This document shows, piece after piece, positions 27,768 through 37,874 of a stretch of DNA of 64,000 bases. The position numbers were made by a program, and so were the translations under genes. How positions within the stretch are numbered: position 1 is the stretch's first letter; each line of letters opens with the position of its first letter. This DNA comes from a virus. Its lineage: Duplodnaviria; Caudoviricetes. The stretch is from the IMG/VR virus record IMGVR_UViG_2511231106_000002, positions 35,953 to 99,952 of that record. One strand, 5' to 3'. Below the pieces are notes generated by a model. That model was given only the letters and a program-made list of their open reading frames with translations, had not been told where the DNA came from and made no database searches.

Positions 27768-29570
27768 TTATTCTTGATATCCGTCAATCAAGCCATATCT
27801 CCCTATCCCCTTGTTTTTTGTAAAGTGAATAAGGTTTGCACCTTCATAATCGATAGATGGAATTTCATTTTCAATAACAATCGTTTGTGGAGAATCCGCC
27901 CTTGTCAAAAAATATCTAAATAAATGCTCTTTCATGGGCTCCGTAACATACGAATCTCTCTTTGAATCTTTTTCTTTTAATGAAAGAATCGGGGAATCTA
28001 TAACGAAAAGCGTAGGATGATAATGCCCCATCTTTTCCAGACAATTTTCCATTGCAACAGCTAGTATCGTGTTCAAAAAAGCTCGGAATCCCTTTCCTTG
28101 GCTCTTTTTTTCATGACCATTAACGACAATATCATAGCTATCGATATCAAAATACGAATCCAAATAGTTCTGATAATTACAGTATTTTAAAAGTTCGTCT
28201 ACTTCCGTATCAAGGAGTTCTTTAAAGACCTCCTTGAATTTCTCTTTTACATTCAAATGAATGTCAGCAGTTTCTTCATTCTCAATAGCATCACGTTCTT
28301 GCTTAAGAAATGTTGAAAATTGGTCAATCATGGTATTCATTTCAGCAAATCTCAATGAAATTTTAAAATCATCAAGTTGCTTTTTCAACTGCTGGATTTT
28401 AGGTTCAAGTTCTCCTCGTATTTTTTCTTCCTGCTCATTTCTCTGATTAATAAGCATATCTCTTTTCTTTGACAAAGCAGCATATTCTTCCTGTATAGAT
28501 TCCTGGACTGATTGCAAATCCCTGACCTGCATTTCAATTTTTTGCTCTTCTGCTATCGCAGAACCTATACAATCCTCTTCATGTTCATGAGGAAGTTCTC
28601 CATTGCAGAAAGGGCACCTTTCTATTGTTTTGATTTTTTGCGAAACCATATTCCCTTCCGCAATAAAGGTCAGGCGCTTAATATCCGCCTTATATTGTGA
28701 TAAAAGGAGTTGATTCCGATTCATCAAAACCTCATCTTCCGAAATCTGCCGCATTACTTTATTGATTTCCTCTCCAATTTCACGGCATAAGTTCAGGGCT
28801 TCTTTAAGGATTCCTTTAGCAGCTCCGATTTCATCGATCGTTTGATTGATTTTGTTCTGCAATTCAACGGGTTGAAGTAAAGGTAATGCATCATCAAAAG
28901 ATGACTTTTGCCTTTCTAAAAAGCCCATACCTCTATTGACAATTTTCAGCACCCCTTCATCTTTTGCTTTCTTTATTTTGGGATCAATAAAAGCCAAATT
29001 TGGAAGATAGTTATTACCTGTTCCCAGGTACAATAATGCTGTTAAAGTCGGGGTTCCTACCTTTCCTCCTAATCCGTGCTTTCCTTTAAGAACACTGGCT
29101 TTATCATGAATTCGGTCCTCATCTATGATGAAAGTATGATAAAACGTTCTAACTGTCAAAGCCTGCGGTTTTCCTTCCTGCGTTTTAAGAATCTTAGTAT
29201 CAAGAGGAATGTCAAAAAGCTTCATCCAGACATCATTAATAGGTGGATTCTTTTTCCCGCCCTTTAGTTTGTAAGTAGATGTTTCTATACCGTCTACATG
29301 ACTAATTACTTCGAAAGATTGCGTGTTAACATCCCGGCTGATAGAAAGGCCTTCCCCATTAACATCTATTCCTATTTGAATCTTCTCCACTTTTAAATTG
29401 ACATCGAATCGATGAGTACCGGCTCCCATCATATAATCTATACAATCCAACACCATACTTTTCCCGGTATTGGATGGACCATAAATTATATTCAGACCCG
29501 GAGCAAAGTCTATTCTTGATTCTTTTTGATTTGCAGTAATCTTAATCCACTTTATGTAAAACATAAACAT
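27768..29570 (-). CDS. Rad50/SMC-like ABC ATPase of ABC-3C (Lamassu LmuB-like) system
   Basis: GPSNTGKS Walker A, coiled coils, CPFC zinc hook, QGKG signature, FVIDSP Walker B. Confidence 0.85.
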   Translation of the reverse strand: MFMFYIKWIKITANQKESRIDFAPGLNIIYGPSNTGKSMVLDCIDYMMGAGTHRFDVNLKVEKIQIGIDVNGEGLSISRDVNTQSFEVISHVDGIETSTYKLKGGKKNPPINDVWMKLFDIPLDTKILKTQEGKPQALTVRTFYHTFIIDEDRIHDKASVLKGKHGLGGKVGTPTLTALLYLGTGNNYLPNLAFIDPKIKKAKDEGVLKIVNRGMGFLERQKSSFDDALPLLQPVELQNKINQTIDEIGAAKGILKEALNLCREIGEEINKVMRQISEDEVLMNRNQLLLSQYKADIKRLTFIAEGNMVSQKIKTIERCPFCNGELPHEHEEDCIGSAIAEEQKIEMQVRDLQSVQESIQEEYAALSKKRDMLINQRNEQEEKIRGELEPKIQQLKKQLDDFKISLRFAEMNTMIDQFSTFLKQERDAIENEETADIHLNVKEKFKEVFKELLDTEVDELLKYCNYQNYLDSYFDIDSYDIVVNGHEKKSQGKGFRAFLNTILAVAMENCLEKMGHYHPTLFVIDSPILSLKEKDSKRDSYVTEPMKEHLFRYFLTRADSPQTIVIENEIPSIDYEGANLIHFTKNKGIGRYGLIDGYQE

Positions 29571-29578
29571 TTACCCCT

Positions 29579-30082
29579 TTAGTTTGCAATAGGACGATAC
29601 TGAATTTCTTGAAGCAGTTCCTCATCATTTTTGCAACTATATTTTTTCGCGGAAAGCCTTGATACCCTGCGGTATTCCTCTGCATATGTACTATGAAAGC
29701 CGTTTGATATCTCCAATCCATAGTCTGTGATTTTATACTGATATCCCTGATTATTTTTGACTTTCAATATTCCATGCCGTACTAACTTCTTGATTGCTTC
29801 TGTAATCAACGAACGTCTTCCTGCCATTTCAGCATACATAAAATCATTATTGCCATGCAGATTTTCAAGAGCTATACCAAAAACCTTTGCATAACAATTG
29901 ATGAAGTCAAATGCCAATATACGAGTACTCGAAAAAAACAGTTCTGGTACGGAACTCATCAGTAGCATTATTCTTAATTCCATTTCGAAAACCGTATTGA
30001 ATACTTCTTTATTTTTTCTTGCTGTTTCACCCTGGTTACAGATACTGAAGGTATTGAAAATATCCTTTTGCAGCTTAATCAC
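29579..30082 (-). CDS. ABC-3C middle component (LmuC-like)
   Basis: FNTVFEMELRIMLL...FDFI...NLHG...Y.E...RR.LI..AI..L motif; central position. Confidence 0.75.
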   Translation of the reverse strand: MIKLQKDIFNTFSICNQGETARKNKEVFNTVFEMELRIMLLMSSVPELFFSSTRILAFDFINCYAKVFGIALENLHGNNDFMYAEMAGRRSLITEAIKKLVRHGILKVKNNQGYQYKITDYGLEISNGFHSTYAEEYRRVSRLSAKKYSCKNDEELLQEIQYRPIAN

Positions 30083-31088
30083 CCTCTATCCAACTGAGTT
30101 TCTCATCATTGACCAACATATGACAAATTCCTTTCTTTTCCCCTGGTCCGATCCAATTCAGAGTCACTGTTTGTAAATTAGAAGAAAGCTCAACCAATGT
30201 CGCATGCTCCATTACAGCGTTCATTCTGTCATAGCCACAAGCATAATCTTTTTCTTCCGTCGTTACGACACCTTCATACATTTCTTCTTTTACTGCCTCA
30301 AAGTTTTCCTCCTCCTGTGGTGCTACGGTATCTCGAAGTCCCCTCCTAATAGTTTCTGCTAAATAGTAATCTTTTCTTTGTCTGTTAAAATTCTTTTTCA
30401 TATTAGGGCATGAATCGAGATCCTTTACACAATTACATTCCACTCCTGTTTTTTCCTGATAAACGCGGAATAGCTCTGTTACATATTTCATTTCTTCTGT
30501 TGCAATAGTCAAAGGTGGAGACAGCGGAGCAGGCTTTTTGAATTGCCCAACAAACTGCCTGAAAGCTTCTATTTCATGGTTAATATCTGCGGCTGTTACC
30601 TGGGCTGTTTTCGAATAGTCCTCATAAGATGCATCCTTTTTCATATTGTTTGGCAATATGGCATACAAGAACGCTCTACCTAAAAATCCTCCCAAATCAC
30701 CATCCTCATACAGTTTATTTAAATCACCTTTTTCCATTTCAGACAAATCTGATTCCTTGATGAGATTTAGCAACTCAGCCACCATATCATCGGCCTTAAC
30801 CCCACTAAGGACTTTGTCCAAAACCTCATCAGTAAAATATTTCCCTATTCCCTTATATACACGGCCATCATTCGCTGCTTTTTTCAAATTGCCTGGAATG
30901 TCTGCTTCTTGTTTATACCAAAGGCTTGCCGACTTATTATCGATAGTATATGGTTCCCCATGTCTATTGACACAGTCTCCAAGACTAATGACTGGCTCAA
31001 ATAAAATCTTAGCAATTTTAGTCATATTAGGCTTGATGATGCCCTTCGAAAACACCTTAGCAAAAGATGCATAATTGTAAACCCGCAT
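30075..31088 (-). CDS. ABC-3C effector (LmuA-like): unknown N-terminal domain + conserved CTD
   Basis: EMKYV.EL..VY, RQR.DYY.AE, KKGICHMLVN..KL.W C-terminal motifs; GAGGTG RBS. Confidence 0.75.
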   Translation of the reverse strand: MRVYNYASFAKVFSKGIIKPNMTKIAKILFEPVISLGDCVNRHGEPYTIDNKSASLWYKQEADIPGNLKKAANDGRVYKGIGKYFTDEVLDKVLSGVKADDMVAELLNLIKESDLSEMEKGDLNKLYEDGDLGGFLGRAFLYAILPNNMKKDASYEDYSKTAQVTAADINHEIEAFRQFVGQFKKPAPLSPPLTIATEEMKYVTELFRVYQEKTGVECNCVKDLDSCPNMKKNFNRQRKDYYLAETIRRGLRDTVAPQEEENFEAVKEEMYEGVVTTEEKDYACGYDRMNAVMEHATLVELSSNLQTVTLNWIGPGEKKGICHMLVNDEKLSWIEGD

Positions 31089-31223
31089 GAATTATCACCT
31101 CATCCAGACGATAACACACTTTTCATTGATAATAATATTGTACTACATTTTTTATCTTATCCATAGCAATACTACCAAACAATAGGAAACAAGTCAGATG
31201 GCACGACAAATTATCTTTCTATA

Positions 31224-31254
31224 CCATTAACGATGCCATTGCTATCGTTAATGG
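31224..31254. repeat. Inverted repeat near the prophage A end
   Basis: CCATTAACGAT-N9-ATCGTTAATGG. Confidence 0.6.
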
Positions 31255-31403
31255 CATATCCACAGTGTTGCTAAGAACTTATACGATACCTTCTGATTCT
31301 ACCTGCATTTCAGAGCATAAAAAATGCCGGCCTTCTGCCGACGTTTACCAAGCCCCCGCTATATATGGACTTTTCCACTATGCACACCGTTCCCAATATT
31401 GTA

Positions 31404-32423
31404 TCAATCCCAAGCATCTTTGCTCTGGTCATCCGTAATACTGATGTTCCCGTTACTGTCGTTGATCAAAAGCCCGCTGTAGTCATCGACTCCCGTTTTT
31501 TCATCGGTCAGGATCATATTCCCGACTTTGGCATAAGAGATCGTGGTTCCGTTGAAGTTTCGGCTCACGAAATAGTTGTTTAGCATGGTCTTGATGTAGT
31601 CTGCATCTCCGCTGCCGTTGGTTACAGTTAACTTAATGGTGAGGTCGAATAGGCTGGGCGATACCACCGTCACTTCTGGACCGATGGGCCGTACGCTTTC
31701 AATTTTAGCAATCACCTGATTCAGCAGATTCATGGAAGCCGGTTCCCCATTGGCGTCTGTTACTAGCACTTTTACCGTACCTGGACCTTTCCAGATGGGC
31801 AGCACTTTTACATGACCAACTCCGGGGATACTGGAGGCCCATTCAATGTAGTCGTTCACATTCCCGCTGGTGGCCGGCTGGGTTACGTAGAAGTGGAATC
31901 GGTCATACAAGTCTTCATCGCTTTCAGCGTCGAACCCGTCGGCCATGGCTTCTGGATTGTTCACCGACGTGATGCCAGGGATGCTCATGGGAATTACTGT
32001 GATGGTGTTCGCCGCTACGTTCCCAACCGTACCGGCCTCTGTACACTTGACAGGGATGGTGGCTTCATTCTTCACCGCGGTAGTAGTAGTAGTAGTAGTA
32101 AAAGTTACCCCTGCTTCCGTCTGGAACAGCGTGCCCACAGGGATGGTTCCTGTTCCTTTCACAAGGACATTCCCCACGGCTGCTGTAGCCTCTTTCCGTT
32201 CCACCCCGTGGTCAGCCGCAATCAGCGTCAGGTAGTCACCACTGGCCGTTTCGGCAAAAGCTGACTTGTACATTTCTTCCCGCTCCACTTCCTGTTTGTA
32301 GAATTCTATGGAGTTGGAAGCCAATACATCATTGGCAAAGGTCCCTTCATAGGTACTGACCCTGTCGCCGGTATTCTTCTGCAGCCGTTTCAGTATGGTC
32401 TCCTGGCTTTCTGCTTCATACAC
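31404..32423 (-). CDS. Baseplate J/gp47 protein (XkdT-like), probably 3'-truncated at the junction
   Basis: AFAETASGDYL, G.VGNVAANTI, DAESDEDL, SGNVNDY..WA, W.GPGTVKV; ends ITDDQ/SKDAWD with no downstream wedge or fibre genes. Confidence 0.85.
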   Translation of the reverse strand: MYEAESQETILKRLQKNTGDRVSTYEGTFANDVLASNSIEFYKQEVEREEMYKSAFAETASGDYLTLIAADHGVERKEATAAVGNVLVKGTGTIPVGTLFQTEAGVTFTTTTTTTAVKNEATIPVKCTEAGTVGNVAANTITVIPMSIPGITSVNNPEAMADGFDAESDEDLYDRFHFYVTQPATSGNVNDYIEWASSIPGVGHVKVLPIWKGPGTVKVLVTDANGEPASMNLLNQVIAKIESVRPIGPEVTVVSPSLFDLTIKLTVTNGSGDADYIKTMLNNYFVSRNFNGTTISYAKVGNMILTDEKTGVDDYSGLLINDSNGNISITDDQSKDAWD

Positions 32424-32850
32424 TTACACTCACCTCCCCGTAAATGGTCGTCAGGCTGATATCTACGGTCAGCTTCTCACGCTCTGCCGTAAACTCAATG
32501 CTGTCGATGCTCTTGATATAGGGATTCACCATCAGACATTCGATGATGATCCGTTTTATCTCACTGTAGCGTTCCTGGCCACCCATGACCTTACCGATGT
32601 AGGGCCGTACCTCCAGTCCGTATTGCCAGCTGTAGGCCAAATACCGAAAGCGCTCTGTCATAAGGGCTTTGTAGATCCAGATTTTCAAGGCGTCGTTCCC
32701 GGATACAATGATGTGCTGCCCGTTCCCGTCATATTTGAAATCGTGCTTTTCGAAATCGTAATCCATCTCCAGGGGCACGTTCAGGTTTTCCGTGTAATCG
32801 GTCTCTGCGCTGGTCCCCGTGAAGGGATATTCATCACTCACACCTGCCAC
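32416..32850 (-). CDS. XkdS/DUF2634 baseplate protein
   Basis: ALKIWIYKAL.TERFRY.AYS..YG.E; TIYGE. Confidence 0.88.
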   Translation of the reverse strand: MAGVSDEYPFTGTSAETDYTENLNVPLEMDYDFEKHDFKYDGNGQHIIVSGNDALKIWIYKALMTERFRYLAYSWQYGLEVRPYIGKVMGGQERYSEIKRIIIECLMVNPYIKSIDSIEFTAEREKLTVDISLTTIYGEVSVSV

Positions 32851-32854
32851 CTCC

Positions 32855-33250
32855 TTATAACTTCACCAGGCTGTCGGCAATGATGTACAGCTGGTCATCC
32901 TGCCCGCCTACCGGGATCACTGTCACCAGCGTCCCCGGTTTCAGGGTGTCCGTCCAGGTTTCATCGTTGTCGATGGGATGGTTGTGGCTCTCGTACTTGG
33001 CTTCCCCGCTGCCGCCGGCCCGGTTGCTGGTCTGCCCCACCATGTGGCGGGTGTAATTCGGCAGCAGGTACCGACTGATGTACAAATCCTTTGTATCCAA
33101 GACAATGTTGTTTATACGTACCGTCAGGGCGGGCGGCGACGTGACCACGATACCCACCTGGGTACCTGTTGGCCGGGCCCCGGTAGCTACCTGGTGCATC
33201 ACGTCAACCACCTTGGCCATGGATTGCGCTGCCGATGGGATTTCTGCCAT
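32855..33250 (-). CDS. XkdR/DUF2577 baseplate spike-like protein
   Basis: G.V..PP.L, HNH, DTLKPG..V. Confidence 0.82.
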   Translation of the reverse strand: MAEIPSAAQSMAKVVDVMHQVATGARPTGTQVGIVVTSPPALTVRINNIVLDTKDLYISRYLLPNYTRHMVGQTSNRAGGSGEAKYESHNHPIDNDETWTDTLKPGTLVTVIPVGGQDDQLYIIADSLVKL

Positions 33251-33253
33251 GGC

Positions 33254-34318
33254 TTACACCTTCCTTTCAGAGTCAGTAAGCTCCTGTTTGTTCATTAGGT
33301 TCTCGAATTCGATTTCCAGCTTCATCGTATGGATCCCATTTTCGAAGCTGTGGGTATCCGACTTGATCCAGAACTGGCCCGTCATTTCCGGCAGGATATC
33401 GCTGATCTTGATGGAGTAGGAAGCCTTGGCCCGATAGTCCCCCAGCATCTCAAGGATGCCGGTACGGTCAGGACCATGGAAGATCTTGGTCAGCTGGTCT
33501 TTCATGGCTTTCTTGGGGTTCTGCTTGTAGACCGCCTGTACCATGGAGTACTTCTTGATGGAGTCGTCCTTGGACTGATAGCCCGTCACATTGCCCTGCT
33601 GGTCCGTGAGCATGATCTTGTTGACCACCTTCTCGATGGATTCCTTATATCGGCTGTTCATGATATTGGAATACTGGTTCGCCTCGAAATTCTCGATGAG
33701 CGTCCCTTTCTTGATCACGTCCAGCTTGTCCCCATCCATCACCGGGTGGAACACCACGTCCGGATCACTTTCCTTTTTACTGGCATTGATCTGGGCAGAA
33801 GATTCCGTGTAGGCCATCATGATGATCTGGTAACCCGTTTTGTCTTGGGCGATGAAGGAAACCTTGATACCCGTTTCGGCCAGATTCCCTACCTTGATGC
33901 CCATTTCCTGGCAAATGGAACGGGCAATGTCCTCCGCCTTGATGTTGCTGAACTTCCGGGTGGTCTTGGAACGGGTCAGGATGAACAGATTGTCATAGGC
34001 CAGCACCTTCACGGTAGAAGCCTGCACGTTCTTTTCCACGGAATACACATTGCCCTGGAACTGCAAGTTTCCATCTTCGTCGTAGCCGTAGACGGTCTCC
34101 CCGCAGTTGATCACATAGTTGGGCAGGTTGGGGTCCCTAGCGTCTTGGGCATACTGAAACTCCAGACGTCTTGCGACCTGCAGCCGAGACCCTTCCCAAG
34201 TGATTTTCCCCATGGTTAAGGTGGATAAATCGTCCATTGACTCCGTGGTCTTAGTGGTTTTCTTGCCGGTCCTGTCGGTGGTTGTTTCTGTTTTGATACT
34301 CTTATGTTTGATAATCAT
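33254..34318 (-). CDS. XkdQ-like baseplate hub protein
   Basis: ITWEGS..QVARRLEF, AYD, GQFWIKSDTHSFENG.H.M.L. Confidence 0.85.
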   Translation of the reverse strand: MIIKHKSIKTETTTDRTGKKTTKTTESMDDLSTLTMGKITWEGSRLQVARRLEFQYAQDARDPNLPNYVINCGETVYGYDEDGNLQFQGNVYSVEKNVQASTVKVLAYDNLFILTRSKTTRKFSNIKAEDIARSICQEMGIKVGNLAETGIKVSFIAQDKTGYQIIMMAYTESSAQINASKKESDPDVVFHPVMDGDKLDVIKKGTLIENFEANQYSNIMNSRYKESIEKVVNKIMLTDQQGNVTGYQSKDDSIKKYSMVQAVYKQNPKKAMKDQLTKIFHGPDRTGILEMLGDYRAKASYSIKISDILPEMTGQFWIKSDTHSFENGIHTMKLEIEFENLMNKQELTDSERKV

Positions 34319-35028
34319 AATTTCTTCCCCAGAATCTTGCCGATCCGTCCGGCATTGTTGATTACGAGAGAGCCCAGGTTGTTGCTCTTCACGACCCTGC
34401 GCCAATGGTTGTAGTCACCATAGGCCTTCTTGGTTGCGTCCAGAAAGTCCCCGGCCTTCTTCTGCCAGGTCACTTTCTTGGGCGTGTCCCCTTCCGGCCG
34501 TTTCTTCAGCCCGGTGTTTTCGTCCATCGGCTTATTGTTGTTGGCCGCCGGGATGTTCAGGTCCTTGTACTCCGTAAAGGACAGTTCGTAGTAGATATCC
34601 CGCGTACCGTCCTTCTCGAAGTAGTTGAAGCCCATGAGCCCCATCATCAGGTTGACGGGGCTGTCTGTGATAATCACCCGCACGGGCTTCCTGGCCTCCT
34701 TCACCTTGGTGAAGTACTCCACCAGCTCCGCAGGGCTCTTGGAGTCGTCCACAGTGAAGGGGTATTCGTGGGTCTGGGGGGGAAAGAAGCTGGAAAAGGT
34801 CAGAGTGCGCGCTTTGGGCATCCCGAAAATCACCGCTTCCCCCACCCGGGTGATGTCTACCACCTTGTTTTTCTGTCCAGAACTCAGCTGGTACTTGGAG
34901 GGAGTCACCGGGATGATGACTTCCCCGAACTGCTCAGACTTCACCAGGATCTGCCGGCGGGTGCTGATCATATTCATGCCATTCAGGATGGCCGACAGCA
35001 CATTCAGTGCTGTTCCAAAAGTACTCAT
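34315..35028 (-). CDS. XkdP-like tail tube initiator (degenerate LysM)
   Basis: IPVTP, FSSFFP, DIYYELSFTEYK. Confidence 0.8.
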   Translation of the reverse strand: MSTFGTALNVLSAILNGMNMISTRRQILVKSEQFGEVIIPVTPSKYQLSSGQKNKVVDITRVGEAVIFGMPKARTLTFSSFFPPQTHEYPFTVDDSKSPAELVEYFTKVKEARKPVRVIITDSPVNLMMGLMGFNYFEKDGTRDIYYELSFTEYKDLNIPAANNNKPMDENTGLKKRPEGDTPKKVTWQKKAGDFLDATKKAYGDYNHWRRVVKSNNLGSLVINNAGRIGKILGKKL

Positions 35029-37874
35029 GCAAGCCCACCTCCATAGTTCTCCTGCCCCTGCATAATCAGCTGTGCCAGTTCATAGGCAATCTGCTGGATG
35101 TCGCTTTCCTGCCGCACCACGAAAGTATTCCCGCTGATGTTGACCACCGGGGCCCCTCCAGGTGCGGACTGGACGAACTGCTTTTCCAGCATCTTTTCCG
35201 TTGTCGCATGGGGATAGATCCGGCTGCCCTGTGGCAGGTCCACGATTTCACCGCCATGTTCATTGATTTCCGTGAGTCCGCCTTGATAAAATTCAGCACC
35301 AGCCGCATTGTGCTGGCTTCTCCACCATTTTCCAAGGGACGTGTTTGCCGCCCAGGAAGAGGCACCTGCAAGCGATCCAGACGCAGACGCACCAATATCG
35401 GACCAAGAACGGGATGCCGACTGTTTAATGCTCTCCCAGATGGATATTCCGCGATTCTTTAAGTTTTCAAGCGCGGATTCGATGTCAGCAACGGCATTAT
35501 CAACATACCCGCTCCACTCACTGGTAGTAGTTCCAACGGTTTGTTTTAGATCCTCCCAGGCAGATTGAGCGCTATCTTTCATGGTTTCAACCTGAACCCC
35601 AATATCATTACAGGCTTGGGTCAAAGAAACTCCAATCCCTATCAGACTGTCTAGAGCTGTCTGTTTCATGGCTGCCCAGTCTTGATTGAACCGTTCAGCG
35701 GTTCCATCCATGGCATTTCCCCAGGCATCCATTGCACTAGGTGCATCCGAACTAAAGAGCCATGCCTTGAAGTTATCCATATCAGCCTTGAAACGGGATG
35801 CCATATCAAGGCCGTTCCCCAGTGTGTCGCCATTGATATCGCCATTGAGCGCCGTCTGTTCATCGTTGCCTAGATTCAGGTACATTTCGCTGTTGGAATC
35901 ACTGCGCCTTGCAGACCAAACTGGATCCTGCATGGCATTGTTGATGGCTTGACCAACGCCAAACCCAACCAAAGAGCCAGCAGGCCCGCCGACAATTGTT
36001 CCTATTGCCGTGACGCCCGTTTGTACAGCGCCTCCGATTCCGGCCCTGGTCTTCGAATCTTTGTCTTCTGCATTGAAGACTTCATACACGGTTTTAGCAG
36101 CCGCCCCAAACGTAGGCAGCCAGCGAAGCAAGGTCATGGCAAGGCTAGCTCCTGAACCTCCATTCCCACCAGGAAGCGGAGTAGCTCCACCGCTACTTGT
36201 TACGGTGCCGTTCACAACGACGTTGTTAGCTTGAACAATCATATCCGTTGCGCCAATGCCACCGGTCCCAGGGATTCCTGGTGCTTGGTTCTTAAACAGC
36301 CCCTTGGCATTTTTCAAAAAGCTGACAATCTTTTTTAAGCCAAATACTAAGGTGCCTCCAGCCAGCACAGAGCCCACACCATCAAGCTGCAGGAATTTGT
36401 CAATGAGCTGCTGTACTGCTGTCTTAGCTAAATCCACGGCATCGGTAAAGGTAAAACCCTTTTCTAATGCTGTGCTGAGTTTTCGCAAATCAAAAGTCAC
36501 AGCATCGACAAACTCCTTAATGGTGCTTCCAGGGCCTTGTTTCATGAAAGACAGTTGAACAGATTCCCAAGCGGACTGCACACTCTTGATGGACCCCCAC
36601 AAGTTATCAGTGGCCGTTTTCTCCATTTTCTTGGCCGCACCTTGAGCATGATCCACGGCATCAGCAAGCTTGTTCCAGTTGCCATCAGATTCATTCATGA
36701 TTGCGAGGAACCCAGAAATCGCGTCCTCGCCAGCAAGCTGTTTAGCCAAACGGGTCTGGTCTGCCGTGCTCAATCCCTTAAAGTCCTTGCGCAGTTCCTT
36801 TAGGATGGTCCGCAGACTCTTTACTTTCCCCGCGCTATCTGTAAGGCTGAACCCAAGTTCGGCCATTGCGGAGGCAGACTGTTTTGTTGGCGCTGCCAGT
36901 CTAGTAAACATGCTGCGCATTGCAGTGCCCGCTTTTTCAGCCTTGATGCCACTATTCGCCATAAGTCCAATAGCAAGCGCCGTATCTTCAATGCTAAACC
37001 CCAACGTCCCAGCTAGCGGGGCCACATATTTGAAGGTGTAGCCCATCATGCCTACGTTGGTATTGGAATTGGTTGCGGCCTGCGCCAGTACATCGGCAAA
37101 CCGACCGGCATCTTGTGCCTGCAGCTTAAATGCGCTCAAGGCATCCGTCACAATATCAGAAACCTGACCTAAATCTTCGCCGGAGGCAGCAGCTAAGGAC
37201 ATGATTCCCGAAAGACCCTTCAGCATATCCTCCGTCTTCCACCCCGCCATTGCCATGTATTCCAACGCCTTACCAGATTCTGCTGCAGTAAACTGAGTAT
37301 TTTTCCCTTGCTCCCGAGCCTTCGCTGTTAAAGCCGCAAATTCGGCATCAGTAGCTCCAGAAATAGCCTTTACTCGGCTCATCTGGTGGGTGAAATCGGT
37401 ATAGACCCTAAGCGTATCAGCAACGCCTAGCCCCACTCCGGCCCAACCAATCATTTGTGTCGGAAGTCCAGAAAGAGCGCCGGATGCCGCGTTGGTTAAT
37501 TTATTTTTAATGGTCTTGAGCGGTCCGACGACTTTTTGTTTAATTCCCACATTGATGGTATGTGTCTTTCCTGTCAAAGCCTTGATGTCGCTGGCTACTT
37601 TCCGAATCGTGCCCGTCGCACTATCCCTTGTTTGGATTTTTGTCGTAAAGGTGCCTTTTATTCCTTCCAGCGATTTCTTGATTCCGTTGACCTTTCCTAC
37701 AGCAGCTACCGCAGACCGTCCCATCTTTTCCATGCTGGAACTGGTGCGGTCTACGGAGGCTCCCGCTCCTTCCACTGTCTGTCGGAAGGAACCCATGCCG
37801 CCCTTAGCCTTATTGACTGCAACGGTGAACCTATCTTTAAGTTCAAGTGTTGCACTTAATTTGTAGTCCGCCAT
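35025..37874 (-). CDS. Tape measure protein (TP901 family)
   Basis: MSRVKAISGAT, TQFTA.E, MAMAGW, LAAASGEDL; C-terminal E.GGEIV.LP.GS.I. Confidence 0.92.
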   Translation of the reverse strand: MADYKLSATLELKDRFTVAVNKAKGGMGSFRQTVEGAGASVDRTSSSMEKMGRSAVAAVGKVNGIKKSLEGIKGTFTTKIQTRDSATGTIRKVASDIKALTGKTHTINVGIKQKVVGPLKTIKNKLTNAASGALSGLPTQMIGWAGVGLGVADTLRVYTDFTHQMSRVKAISGATDAEFAALTAKAREQGKNTQFTAAESGKALEYMAMAGWKTEDMLKGLSGIMSLAAASGEDLGQVSDIVTDALSAFKLQAQDAGRFADVLAQAATNSNTNVGMMGYTFKYVAPLAGTLGFSIEDTALAIGLMANSGIKAEKAGTAMRSMFTRLAAPTKQSASAMAELGFSLTDSAGKVKSLRTILKELRKDFKGLSTADQTRLAKQLAGEDAISGFLAIMNESDGNWNKLADAVDHAQGAAKKMEKTATDNLWGSIKSVQSAWESVQLSFMKQGPGSTIKEFVDAVTFDLRKLSTALEKGFTFTDAVDLAKTAVQQLIDKFLQLDGVGSVLAGGTLVFGLKKIVSFLKNAKGLFKNQAPGIPGTGGIGATDMIVQANNVVVNGTVTSSGGATPLPGGNGGSGASLAMTLLRWLPTFGAAAKTVYEVFNAEDKDSKTRAGIGGAVQTGVTAIGTIVGGPAGSLVGFGVGQAINNAMQDPVWSARRSDSNSEMYLNLGNDEQTALNGDINGDTLGNGLDMASRFKADMDNFKAWLFSSDAPSAMDAWGNAMDGTAERFNQDWAAMKQTALDSLIGIGVSLTQACNDIGVQVETMKDSAQSAWEDLKQTVGTTTSEWSGYVDNAVADIESALENLKNRGISIWESIKQSASRSWSDIGASASGSLAGASSWAANTSLGKWWRSQHNAAGAEFYQGGLTEINEHGGEIVDLPQGSRIYPHATTEKMLEKQFVQSAPGGAPVVNISGNTFVVRQESDIQQIAYELAQLIMQGQENYGGGLA

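Larger units (their letters stand above)
1..31424 (-). mobile_element. Prophage A (partial): cos/HK97-type head, contractile tail, PolA/P4-primase replication, terminal defence cargo
   Basis: Co-oriented minus-strand run from sigma-like regulator through replication, packaging, head and tail. Right boundary inferred from the truncation of prophage B baseplate J. Lysis and recombinase genes would lie left of the window. Confidence 0.9.

Noticed and set aside
31090-31424. IS element or exact att core at the junction
   Set aside because: No transposase or paired terminal repeats are visible, and the partner att site is outside the window, so the core cannot be defined.
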